A stretch of 64,000 nucleotides of DNA from a virus (IMGVR_UViG_3300033069_001378:128001-192000), one strand, 5' to 3'. Positions 1 to 8,148 are shown, numbered from the stretch's first letter. The notes: generated by a model from the sequence alone, not told the origin. Numbers and translations are program-made.

Positions 1-212
1 TCGCCAGAAACGTGAGATCCATTCAAGTAGCTGAAAAGAACGCCAGGATAGACGTTAAATGAAATCATCCTCCAATCGGGATCCTTGGATCGAAATTCAC
101 CAAGAAACTCGGAATGCCTCAAAATGAAATTGTTATGGAATCCGCGCTTAAGCGAACCATACACAAAAACGAAATGATAACCGTTGTTGGTGCCATTCGA
201 CGAATCTGACAT
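1..212 (-). CDS. gamma-glutamylcyclotransferase (GGCT/AIG2-like) protein, 5' part; runs off window edge
   Basis: Not in ORF track; hand translation from ATG at 212 gives MSDSSNGTNNGYHFVFVYGSLKRGFHNNFIL...YPGV...HVSG, with the FVYGSL..G..N signature of GGCT/AIG2 proteins. Confidence 0.85.
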   Translation of the reverse strand, partial: MSDSSNGTNNGYHFVFVYGSLKRGFHNNFILRHSEFLGEFRSKDPDWRMISFNVYPGVLFSYLNGSHVSG

Positions 213-216
213 TGTT

Positions 217-360
217 TCAGACCAATTCCTTGAAAAACTTGACTGCCTTGGCAGTACCAATTACAACCAAAAAGACGAGTGCCGCACCAATTTGAACCGG
301 CAAAAATGCCAGCGTTCGAACGGGGTGCGACTTGAGGCGGGTGAGAACCTTGTTTGTCAT
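217..360 (-). CDS. small 47-aa putative membrane protein
   Basis: Hand translation MTNKVLTRLKSHPVRTLAFLPVQIGAALVFLVVIGTAKAVKFFKELV; one hydrophobic stretch; directly downstream of a promoter-like motif, 4 nt before the GGCT start. Confidence 0.55.
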   Translation of the reverse strand: MTNKVLTRLKSHPVRTLAFLPVQIGAALVFLVVIGTAKAVKFFKELV

Positions 361-369
361 TGTATGTAT

Positions 370-398
370 ACAATAACATAGATTACACACAATGTAAA
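370..398 (-). promoter_or_regulatory. sigma70-like early promoter
   Basis: Minus strand gTTTACA-N17-TATTGT with TG extension, preceded by AATTTTCC as in the promoter at 3490-3518. Confidence 0.55.
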
Positions 399-414
399 CA
401 GCTATTTTGGAAAA

Positions 415-1050
415 TTATCCCTTGTTTTTTACAAGGAAAAACGACGATCCACCAAGTCCAAGCTCTTCCGCGTAAATCTTGGCAAGCTGCGTACGTGCTG
501 CGCGAGCATAAACTCCAGGCTCCGCAATTTCGTGAAACGAAAATGGACGTGAACCGATGCGAGAGAAGAATTGAGAGAAGTCTCCTGCGATGCTTCCCTG
601 TACGACTTCCTCTCCCTTGCCTGGATAAGCGTTCTCGCAATCGGAAGTGCCTACAAGAGTAACATCACTACCGCCTCGGTTAGAGAAGAGAATGCTATCT
701 TGCTCAAAAGCTCCACCAAGCGCAACGAGGTCTTCCTTGAGATTTCCCGAATCTTGAAGATCAACAACAAAGAAACTCTCTTCGCCAACTTCCTTGGCAG
801 TATCGGAACCATAGTCTTCAACGTATGAACCCTTAACCTTTGTGACTCCGTAACCCTTTGTTCGTAGGATTGCGTAAAGCTTTCTGTTTAGCGCACCCTT
901 CTCCTCGCGAGTGTATGGAGTACCCTGATTGCAATCCCTGGCAGAACGCCATGCGGTAATGAAACCGCAATCATGCTTTGCCAAGTGTTCGTGGATACGA
1001 GAGATTGAAGATTCTTGAAGAGAAGTTTTGTCGATTACTAGTACGTTCAT
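415..1050 (-). CDS. conserved phage hypothetical protein (FITAW motif, possibly DUF3293-like)
   Basis: 211 aa; ESSISRI...GFITAWRS...EESFFV...FEQDSILF pattern recalled from large myophage proteins; TATTTA motif 5 nt upstream of ATG. Confidence 0.6.
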   Translation of the reverse strand: MNVLVIDKTSLQESSISRIHEHLAKHDCGFITAWRSARDCNQGTPYTREEKGALNRKLYAILRTKGYGVTKVKGSYVEDYGSDTAKEVGEESFFVVDLQDSGNLKEDLVALGGAFEQDSILFSNRGGSDVTLVGTSDCENAYPGKGEEVVQGSIAGDFSQFFSRIGSRPFSFHEIAEPGVYARAARTQLAKIYAEELGLGGSSFFLVKNKG

Positions 1051-1082
1051 ATGGGTAAATACTCTTTCAGGCAGGATTTTTC

Positions 1083-1979
1083 CTAATCCTTCTTGGAGTT
1101 AAAAAGAACCAAGCTTCGATTTCCTCCAACCGACTTCTTGGTGAGGACAGTCTTACCGTCCTTATTCTTCTTCTTCTTGTTGTTGTTCTTCTGAACCTTC
1201 TTGCCCTGATTCCGGGGAACCAACAGAAGAGCCTCATCCTTTGGTGAAAGCTCTACATCAAGAATGTTCTTGCCACGGGGCGAGTGCGAATCGTTATTGT
1301 TGTTCTTGCGATACGCATAACCCTTGTCGAGCAGCAGCGTGTCATTGAGCTTCTTGATAAGAGGATTCTTCTCTTCCTTCTCAGCCTTGCTCACCGCACG
1401 AGCCTGAATCTCACGATAACCAGGCTTAAGCGAGTAAGTGTTGCTGTACCAGAGAGCGCCATTCTCCCAACCGGCAGCCTTGTTCACGAGAGCGATCTTG
1501 CCATCGCCGCGAAGGAAAACCATCTTGTTGATCTGACCAACGCGATTTGCCATCCGAGTAAGCTGATTCTTGTCGAAAAGACTATCGGCACCGTAGACAC
1601 GAAGGGAACCCCGAAGGTGCTTCGCAAACTTAACCGAATCCGACTCCTCTTCATCGGACTTGAGGAACATGAACGTTCCATTGTGCATCATAAAGAGATC
1701 GTGTCCATCAGCCTTGTGAGAAAGAACACGGTGGGGATGGCAGTTGTTCTCGTTGATAGGTCCGCGAGTCCGATACCGAAAATGAATCACGTAGGGAACA
1801 CCATCAAACTTGCCAAGCAGATCAATGATCTCGTCTGCATCGAGGATATCGCGATAGGTCTGGACGCGACCATCCTGTGCCCACATGATCCCAAACCCAT
1901 GCGGGTTGTTCTCGTGAGCAATCCGAATATGATGCTCAGGAACCTTGGATCCGTCCGAGTTATAGATGATTAGACACAT
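1083..1979 (-). CDS. class II (Ntn) glutamine amidotransferase with basic low-complexity C-terminal tail
   Basis: N-terminal MC nucleophile, NPHGFG, HFRYRTRG, NCHP, MMHNG, SDS motifs; last ~110 aa Lys/Asn-rich. Confidence 0.9.
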   Translation of the reverse strand: MCLIIYNSDGSKVPEHHIRIAHENNPHGFGIMWAQDGRVQTYRDILDADEIIDLLGKFDGVPYVIHFRYRTRGPINENNCHPHRVLSHKADGHDLFMMHNGTFMFLKSDEEESDSVKFAKHLRGSLRVYGADSLFDKNQLTRMANRVGQINKMVFLRGDGKIALVNKAAGWENGALWYSNTYSLKPGYREIQARAVSKAEKEEKNPLIKKLNDTLLLDKGYAYRKNNNNDSHSPRGKNILDVELSPKDEALLLVPRNQGKKVQKNNNKKKKNKDGKTVLTKKSVGGNRSLVLFNSKKD

Positions 1980-2029
1980 TTGATGTTTTCTCTTTTTTGA
2001 AATTTGAGAGGCTTGTATTGTCTATATTA

Positions 2030-2308
2030 TCAGTTAAGCTGCGAAATGTAAACAATACCAAGGGAAATCAGGTCGTTTGCAAAGTCGTTCGCGCTATCAC
2101 TTCGAACCGAAGCCCCAAACATGATATAGGCTCGCTTTGCAAAGTCTGCCATGTAGGCATCATCGCTCTCACGCGGGAAAAAGCTCGTATTGCGAAGCTT
2201 TGTCACGAAATCCGAATGGCTTGAAGCGACAATCGTGCAACCATCCAGAAGCTTGTAAGTATTGGCAGTCATTTCTTTCCTCTTGCTTCCTGTTAGGGCT
2301 ATTGCCAA
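2030..2308 (-). CDS. hypothetical protein, amidoligase-operon accessory
   Basis: ORF packed 2 nt after the amidoligase stop; true start may be the second Met (MTANTYKLL). Confidence 0.6.
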   Translation of the reverse strand: MAIALTGSKRKEMTANTYKLLDGCTIVASSHSDFVTKLRNTSFFPRESDDAYMADFAKRAYIMFGASVRSDSANDFANDLISLGIVYISQLN

Positions 2309-2310
2309 TC

Positions 2311-3459
2311 TCAGGCAGCGAGGTCGGAAATGCGCTCCTGATAGTAGTTGATAACCTGGCTATTGAGCCCGATGAAGCACGAATCGTCCGCAGGAAGGAC
2401 CGAATCGTAGCTAACGGTCGGAGTGGTGGGCGTGTTCAGGGCATAGGCACTAAGGTCGTCGAACCCAAGAGCCAAGTAGTAGCCGCGACGGCGCGAGTTA
2501 CGGATCAGGCTGCCTCGTCCCTCGGTACGAAGGACTCGACGAAGACCGGAAATGACTGCCGGGATCGACGCTTCCGCGATGCCAGCGAGCGAAGCGATCT
2601 CGCTCGGAGTGTGATAACAACCATCAGCAAGGATGGCACGAACGCGAGCCGGAGCAGCGGGGCGACGATTCGCACCACGACCACGACGACGCGGAGCGAC
2701 GGTAGCAGCGGGGGCAACCGTGGTAGCAGTCGTGGCAGGCAGAAGACTCGCATAACGACGCGAAGTCTCGACGAAGTTAACGCAGAAGCGAATCCAGTTA
2801 CAGACCTTTTCGGCATTAACCGAACCGGAATGCTGCCGAAACTCGACCGTACCATGGCGAAGATAGCTCTCAAGATTGAGCTTGAGAAAACGATTCTCGT
2901 CATTGGGATAGGTGCGAAGAGCGGTCACGCAATCCGCAGGGGTCGAAACCGTAGCAAGGCGCGCACTATTCGTGCGGACAAGGCTAACGACGGACTTGCA
3001 AAAACGATTGTAGCTGCCACGGCGCGAGACGGGAACCAAAGCATCAATAGACGCCTCGGTATTGGCATACCGCGTAACCGTCATCGCAATATCGCGAGCG
3101 GTAAGGTCGCGAGCATTGACGTGGACGTGAAGACCGCACGTCTTATTGACGGTCGCGCCAGCGGCAACAAGCGCGCGGCAAACCTTGCGAACTTCCTCAA
3201 GACCGTCTTCACCGACGAGAACCGGCGAGACAACCTCACAACCCGGAATGCCGTTGTTTCCGACGACCGACGCATCGGTGACAACCTTCCAATGGTTGCG
3301 AAGAGCGTGGTTATAGCCCTCGGCATGGGCATCGATGCCAGCGTTGCGCAGGGCAAGGACGACGGTAGGGATTGCCAGATTGACAATCTCAAGCTCGACG
3401 CCGAACTTGCGGGACTGGATCACGTTGGCAACAGGAATGGAAGCGGTGCTGGTCGGCAT
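2311..3459 (-). CDS. putative amidoligase (COOH-NH2 ligase, Amidoligase_2-like) with inserted winged-helix domain
   Basis: FGVELE, WKVVTDASV, EVVSPVL, TCGLHVHV, RFLKLN, GTVEFRQHSGS motifs; C-terminal ISGLRRVL...LIRNSRRRGYYL resembles an OmpR-type wHTH; GGAG SD. Confidence 0.9.
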   Translation of the reverse strand: MPTSTASIPVANVIQSRKFGVELEIVNLAIPTVVLALRNAGIDAHAEGYNHALRNHWKVVTDASVVGNNGIPGCEVVSPVLVGEDGLEEVRKVCRALVAAGATVNKTCGLHVHVNARDLTARDIAMTVTRYANTEASIDALVPVSRRGSYNRFCKSVVSLVRTNSARLATVSTPADCVTALRTYPNDENRFLKLNLESYLRHGTVEFRQHSGSVNAEKVCNWIRFCVNFVETSRRYASLLPATTATTVAPAATVAPRRRGRGANRRPAAPARVRAILADGCYHTPSEIASLAGIAEASIPAVISGLRRVLRTEGRGSLIRNSRRRGYYLALGFDDLSAYALNTPTTPTVSYDSVLPADDSCFIGLNSQVINYYQERISDLAA

Positions 3460-3489
3460 GGGTTCTCCGTGTGTCTCGATTCTTTATAT

Positions 3490-3518
3490 AGACTACCACG
3501 GAAAACCAAAAGAGTAAA
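3490..3518 (-). promoter_or_regulatory. sigma70-like early promoter of amidoligase operon
   Basis: Minus strand gTTTACT-N17-TAGTCT with TGG extended -10 and A-rich upstream element; resembles T4 early GTTTAC promoters. Confidence 0.65.
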
Positions 3519-3537
3519 CTGATTATGGAAAATTTTT

Positions 3538-4098
3538 TTAGCCCTTGTTTTTAGGGTCTTTTTTGATTTCTTGCCTGTTCTTCTTCATGTTTTCCTCTAG
3601 TTTTTCCTGCGAAAACCGATATCCATATTCGGGAACGTCGGGGAAAAGAGGCTTAATTTCAAGGGTTTTCTTGTTATGAATATTGGAGGCAGAGGTTTCC
3701 ATAAGCATGTAAAGCTCTTGTTTCAAGAGTCTTTCTGCTTCCATCTTTTTTTGAACTCCTGTCATTAGGCTATTTTCTGGCGGTCTGCTAGATAGGCTTG
3801 AAGAGATTGCTAGCAGATTTTGCTCAGATTCACGGAGCTTTCTAACCATGACCCTGCTTGTATCTAGTGCAGTCTCAAGGTTTTTAAGCTCAGAAGTAGC
3901 CTCGTCATAGACTTGCATAAGCCAATAGGTAAGAATACTCTTGGCTTTGTTGCGAAAGAGATCTCTACGTGAGCCGTTTAGCTTGGTTTCGTATGTTTCT
4001 TCAAACATAACTACCAAGTCATCGACCATGCGATCAAGATGCTCTAGGACTACTTGGTTCCTACGAAGATTTTCACCCTGATTTTTAGGACTATTCAT
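3538..4098 (-). CDS. hypothetical coiled-coil protein
   Basis: 186-aa ORF, GAGG SD, helical charged composition. Confidence 0.65.
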   Translation of the reverse strand: MNSPKNQGENLRRNQVVLEHLDRMVDDLVVMFEETYETKLNGSRRDLFRNKAKSILTYWLMQVYDEATSELKNLETALDTSRVMVRKLRESEQNLLAISSSLSSRPPENSLMTGVQKKMEAERLLKQELYMLMETSASNIHNKKTLEIKPLFPDVPEYGYRFSQEKLEENMKKNRQEIKKDPKNKG

Positions 4099-4109
4099 GA
4101 GGTTTACCT

Positions 4110-4150
4110 CTTTGACAAGAGAGTCCAGTTGGGCTCTTCAAAGATAAGTA
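4110..4150 (-). promoter_or_regulatory. RBS-overlapping hairpin preceded by TACTTA motif
   Basis: Minus strand CTTTGAAGAGCCCA...TGGACTCTCTTGTCAAAG stem whose 3' arm runs into the AGAGG SD; TACTTA at 4145-4150. Confidence 0.45.
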
Positions 4151-4175
4151 GACCATCATTATAGATATTATTGTC

Positions 4176-4325
4176 CTACTTGGTGAAAGTGCTCAAGAGT
4201 TTGCGACTTCGTTTCTCAATGCTTCGGTAGTACGAATTGAGATTTAGCTTCACAGGGATTTGAATTTCAAACGTAAACCACAGCCAGAGTGTGATCCAAG
4301 CGAAAAAACCGAGTAGAATTTGCAT
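4176..4325 (-). CDS. small 49-aa putative membrane protein
   Basis: Hand translation MQILLGFFAWITLWLWFTFEIQIPVKLNLNSYYRSIEKRSRKLLSTFTK; N-terminal hydrophobic helix, basic tail; fills an intergenic gap. Confidence 0.5.
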   Translation of the reverse strand: MQILLGFFAWITLWLWFTFEIQIPVKLNLNSYYRSIEKRSRKLLSTFTK

Positions 4326-4345
4326 GTTTTTTGTTTTCTGTTTTT

Positions 4346-4858
4346 TCAGGGGTAGACGAGATCCTTGAGAATCTCGAAGTTGTCAACAAGCTCGTTATGC
4401 TCAGAATCGAAGACTCGATCGTTGGCATAGAAGTTCTTTGCAGGATTTCCAACCTTCATAACGCCATAAGTAGAAGCATCGATGCTGTAGTAAGCACGCT
4501 TGATGCCGTAGTTAAACAAAACATGCTGACAAATCTCACAGGGACGAGCCATTCCTAGCTCTTGGTTGTCCTTACGGAGACGAATCACAAACATTTTGCA
4601 GCCAGATAGATCGGTTTTCTCTCGTCCCTTTAGGACTGCATCCATTTCGGCATGAGTGGACAAGCAGTAATCACGAGTTCCACGAACTTGATTCGTGTAA
4701 TGCTCGACAAAACTGTTCGTATTGTGCTTATTGTATCCGACAGAAACAACATTACCGCCACGTACAATGACAGCGGCAAGACGAAAATCCTGCTTTTCAT
4801 TGTAGGCATGACAGCGGCAATTTTGTTCTGCAATGCGTAGGAACTTGTGCATTGCCAT
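4346..4858 (-). CDS. cytidine/deoxycytidylate deaminase-family Zn-dependent deaminase
   Basis: HAE (THAEMDAV) and PCxxC (RPCEICQ) zinc motifs, VSVGYN; start may be Met at 4852. Confidence 0.85.
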   Translation of the reverse strand: MAMHKFLRIAEQNCRCHAYNEKQDFRLAAVIVRGGNVVSVGYNKHNTNSFVEHYTNQVRGTRDYCLSTHAEMDAVLKGREKTDLSGCKMFVIRLRKDNQELGMARPCEICQHVLFNYGIKRAYYSIDASTYGVMKVGNPAKNFYANDRVFDSEHNELVDNFEILKDLVYP

Positions 4859-4886
4859 ATATTACCACCTATTTCTAAAATGTAAA
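4859..4886 (-). promoter_or_regulatory. sigma70-like promoter, likely leaderless transcript for the deaminase
   Basis: gTTTACA-N16-TAATAT with TGG extension; ATG at 4852 lies 7 nt past the -10; the -35 is one arm of inverted repeat TGTAAAC-N10-GTTTACA. Confidence 0.5.
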
Positions 4887-4913
4887 CCAAAAAATCAGTT
4901 TACACAAAAATGG

Positions 4914-6716
4914 CTATCTTAGTACCCAATCCCATTCAGCGTTCGGGTTAATGTAGGGTTGTTGATTGGGTCTTGATTGTTGCTGTTGTGGCAAACCCAT
5001 TTCTTTTCTCAATTCGGAAAAGGCATCGGTCTGTACTGTAGCTGGAACTTTTGAAACTGTTGGGAGAAGTCCGGGAGCACCTGTTACTCTGTTCTGCTGT
5101 TGAGCAAAGTTATTGCCAACAAAGACAGGCATAGGCATATCGAGATTCTTTACCTCTTGAGAAACTCCGTATCCACCGTAACCATTGGAGGTAAGTGATA
5201 CGTTATTTCTTGCAAAGCTAAGCAGCATGGCTCTCGAATACTCGTCTTGTGAATATTGAGTTTGTCCAGAAACCTCAAACAATGAGACACCTATAGCTAG
5301 TGCCATTACCAAATCGTCATGGTAATTCTTCATTGCTTCGGCTCTATTGCCTTTCCAAATGAATACCTTGAACTCTTCTAGGATTCTCTTCGAGTTGATT
5401 CTAAGCTGACCATTCTTCAAAACGGTGTCAAGCTTTGCAAGCATCTCGTCTCTGTTCTTTGGACCAGTATAGATACCTGGCATATCTTGTGGTCTGATCT
5501 CTTGTTGTGTCATGTAAGCAGAGTAGATATTTTTGAACTTTTCATAAAAGAGGTTTGGATAGTTTGCATCTTTTATTGATTTTGCGACAATCAAACCATA
5601 AGAGTTCTGTTCTGGACAGAGCATTGCGAAATTGTATTCCTGACCAACCTTCATTAGTAGGTCTGCAAGGTGATCCGAAGGAATCTTGTTGCTTTGGAAC
5701 TCTCCAATAACAGAATCATTGGTTATGTTGATGATATGAAACGTTGAGTAATCCTTACCAGCACCAGAAGAAACGTCAGCAGCAATAACATACTTGCTGT
5801 CTGGTTCAGGCTTTTCCCAAATCCAAAGGTCTTCATGTAGAGGATGGATATACAAAGGATCTCTAACGGTCGAAGCAAGTAGATCCATTGTTGTGTTTGA
5901 AAGGAAGGTGTCACCGGATCCAAGAAAGGAACATAGAAGTTCTTGCTGGATTGCTCGTTCCGTTCCTAGTTCAGCGCACTGTTGCTCATACCATTTCTGA
6001 TCTCTTTCAGGTTGAACAGTCCAAGGAAGCTCGACGGGCTTGAAGCCGTTGTCTCCTTTTAATGCTCTTGTCCATAGAGAATGGAAAAGATTACCGACGC
6101 CGTTTGGAGTAGAGATAAGGATAGCACTTCCACCTGTAGAAAGGGTTGGTTGGAGAGCAAGCCAAAGCTCGTCGATGCCTTCAACGTGGGCAGCTTCGTC
6201 AACGATAAGGAGTGAGATAGCTTCACCACGTCCTGCGTCCGAGCTTGTTGGTACGGCTTTGATTGACGAACCGTTGTCAAACTTTATGTCTCTTACGGAG
6301 TGTGCCGTAATCTTTGGCATGATGAGCCAGTTTGGAATGCTTTTAAGCATTGCGTCAACCTTTCGAATGAAAAGCTTCGCAACTTCTAGCTTGGTAGCGA
6401 CAACAAGAATGTTCTTTTGTGGCTGGAAGATTGCCATCCAAATCGAGTAAGCAGCGGAGACTGTAGAAAGTCCTAGCTGTCTCGACTTGTTAACGATTAC
6501 GAATCTGTTTTGTTTAAAGCATTCTACACAGTCATCCTGATATTCAAAAGTCTTGAATGGGATGAGTCCCTTAACAGGGTGAGGAATCTTTACGTAAGTC
6601 TTAATGAAGTACGCAGGGTCTTTTCCGCAACGTATGATTTCTTTAACTTGATATTCTCTAGGAGGAATGCCCTTCATAGAGGTTTGAATATGTTCACTTT
6701 TGCTTGGTCTTGCCAT
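4914..6716 (-). CDS. terL: terminase large subunit, T4 gp17-like
   Basis: YQ adenine motif, Walker A KSRQLGLST, Walker B LIVDEAAH, ISTPNG, nuclease ADVSSGAGKDYS and HDDLVMALA. Confidence 0.95.
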   Translation of the reverse strand: MARPSKSEHIQTSMKGIPPREYQVKEIIRCGKDPAYFIKTYVKIPHPVKGLIPFKTFEYQDDCVECFKQNRFVIVNKSRQLGLSTVSAAYSIWMAIFQPQKNILVVATKLEVAKLFIRKVDAMLKSIPNWLIMPKITAHSVRDIKFDNGSSIKAVPTSSDAGRGEAISLLIVDEAAHVEGIDELWLALQPTLSTGGSAILISTPNGVGNLFHSLWTRALKGDNGFKPVELPWTVQPERDQKWYEQQCAELGTERAIQQELLCSFLGSGDTFLSNTTMDLLASTVRDPLYIHPLHEDLWIWEKPEPDSKYVIAADVSSGAGKDYSTFHIINITNDSVIGEFQSNKIPSDHLADLLMKVGQEYNFAMLCPEQNSYGLIVAKSIKDANYPNLFYEKFKNIYSAYMTQQEIRPQDMPGIYTGPKNRDEMLAKLDTVLKNGQLRINSKRILEEFKVFIWKGNRAEAMKNYHDDLVMALAIGVSLFEVSGQTQYSQDEYSRAMLLSFARNNVSLTSNGYGGYGVSQEVKNLDMPMPVFVGNNFAQQQNRVTGAPGLLPTVSKVPATVQTDAFSELRKEMGLPQQQQSRPNQQPYINPNAEWDWVLR

Positions 6717-7239
6717 CGGGCTTCTTCTGATCTATCAACTTCTTGTTGTGCTTGACTTGTTTGTCAACATTGTCTTGCACAGTCTTTTCCATCTTCTCGA
6801 AGTAATCCTCAACATCATCGCCACCTGTTACTTCAATGAGGGCAGTTACTCTTAACATTCCTGATTGAGTTGGTCTAAAAACCGAGTAAGAAGTGAATTC
6901 TACGTTGTCAACAACGGAGTTTTCGTTGATTGTTAGTGTTATTGACTTATCGAACTGCTCTTTGTATTCTCTTGCAAAGTTCTCTGTACCGCGTTTGATT
7001 GATGAAAGTGCGTCAGAGACAAGCTTACCCATTAGAGTTGAAAGCATTGATTTTGAAGGGACTGCAATAGCGCCTTGGTAATGAGCTTTTATCGTTCTTT
7101 CGTTGATTAACTCAAAACGAAGATGTTGTGTGGTTGTACCAGTATATCCAGAGCCGCCAGGTCCGTTAGAACCAAGGGTTGAGTTTGCAATTCTAGATAG
7201 TCTGTTGAACTTCTTAAGGTCTTTGATCAATCCTGACAT
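6694..7239 (-). CDS. hypothetical protein
   Basis: 181-aa ORF with GAGG SD, overlapping terL start; TACTTA motif 30 nt upstream. Confidence 0.7.
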   Translation of the reverse strand: MSGLIKDLKKFNRLSRIANSTLGSNGPGGSGYTGTTTQHLRFELINERTIKAHYQGAIAVPSKSMLSTLMGKLVSDALSSIKRGTENFAREYKEQFDKSITLTINENSVVDNVEFTSYSVFRPTQSGMLRVTALIEVTGGDDVEDYFEKMEKTVQDNVDKQVKHNKKLIDQKKPDGKTKQK

Positions 7240-7258
7240 ATTGGTATTTCCTCGTGTA

Positions 7259-7555
7259 TTACTTGAAAATAAGTATGGGTCTTGATTGCAATTCCCTATT
7301 TTTTATGTACTCATCCCATAACTCGGGAAAAACTACAGAAGGATGCTTCTCTTTTACTTGCCAGTCAACTTCAAGAACATAAGACCAGTTAATGTCACAC
7401 TTAGAGCAACAACCTTTTGATCTATATGAAATTGAATCATCGATTGTTTTCATTGGCTGTTGACATTCTTTACAAAACAATGGGACTTGTTGCTGTCTGA
7501 CTTCTTCATCAAACACAACAATCACCTTACCATTATTTTTGGATTCTATTGCCAT
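7259..7555 (-). CDS. small putative zinc-finger protein
   Basis: CKEC...CSKC pairs, 98 aa. Confidence 0.6.
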   Translation of the reverse strand: MAIESKNNGKVIVVFDEEVRQQQVPLFCKECQQPMKTIDDSISYRSKGCCSKCDINWSYVLEVDWQVKEKHPSVVFPELWDEYIKNRELQSRPILIFK

Positions 7556-7575
7556 AGTGACAATAGACTAACAGA

Positions 7576-8082
7576 TTACCACCAATATGGATTCTTTGTT
7601 GAACGCTTCCAAACAGCAAATCTAGCTTTGTCCATCTTGTAGTAGTTGCGATAGGACTGCACAGGATCGCCGGGGACCAAACATAAATTATGCTTTGCAG
7701 GATCTTTGGCATAGAATGCCATGGCAAAGCCAGTCATGTTGTCGGCTTGTATGTTTGGAACATGCTCAGAGAGCCATTTCAGATGAGGAGCACAAGCATG
7801 AATCTTACGATACCTTGCCGTGTATTCTTCTGAAATAGCTATTCCGTGTTTGACAAGCCACTTATAGTTTGCCTTTGAATCTCTTGCCCATTTGGAACAA
7901 GGATGATTGGCATGAGTTGGCTTATATGGCACAAGTTTCTTTGGTCCAGTTGGTTGCCCACCTGTTGCCCAATGAGCGGTATACAACATTTGAGTTGTTT
8001 CTACTGCCATTTTAGAAATGTGCTTATCGCATAAGAACTGCGCTGCTCTTTTTGGATTTGTGTCTAAAACGAAAATATTCAT
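7576..8082 (-). CDS. pyrimidine dimer DNA glycosylase/endonuclease V-like family protein
   Basis: MNIFVLD..P..AAQ.LCDKH..KM.VE..QML and YKPTH.NHPC..W.R.S..NY.WL family motifs. Confidence 0.75.
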   Translation of the reverse strand: MNIFVLDTNPKRAAQFLCDKHISKMAVETTQMLYTAHWATGGQPTGPKKLVPYKPTHANHPCSKWARDSKANYKWLVKHGIAISEEYTARYRKIHACAPHLKWLSEHVPNIQADNMTGFAMAFYAKDPAKHNLCLVPGDPVQSYRNYYKMDKARFAVWKRSTKNPYWW

Positions 8083-8132
8083 AGGAACCCTTTCATCAGG
8101 CTCCTATGATATCATCTTATCTTGAAGGAATA
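8080..8132 (-). promoter_or_regulatory. start-codon-occluding hairpin overlapped by a sigma70-like promoter
   Basis: Minus strand CATAGGAGCC-loop-GGTTCCTATG 10-bp stem ending in the ATG; TTTATT-N17-TATCAT overlaps its 5' arm. Confidence 0.5.
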
Positions 8133-8148
8133 AAGCAGTCTGCTAAAA

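Noticed and set aside
119-381. ORF-track calls 119-379 (-) and 184-381 (+)
   Set aside because: Other minus frames give a clear GGCT gene and a 47-aa ORF that fit the promoter and spacing better
1160-1195. TTC/TTG trinucleotide runs (also CAA/CAG runs near 8417-8430)
   Set aside because: Simply encode Lys/Asn and Gln tracts; not CRISPR or a regular repeat array
2137-3522. 461-aa plus-strand ORF (and the 229-aa ORF at 1284-1973)
   Set aside because: Antisense shadows of the GC-rich amidoligase and GATase genes; no motifs recognised
8088-8100. CUGAUGA-AAG resembling a hammerhead ribozyme core
   Set aside because: No stem II between CUGAUGA and GAAA and no three-way junction; it is a simple hairpin loop
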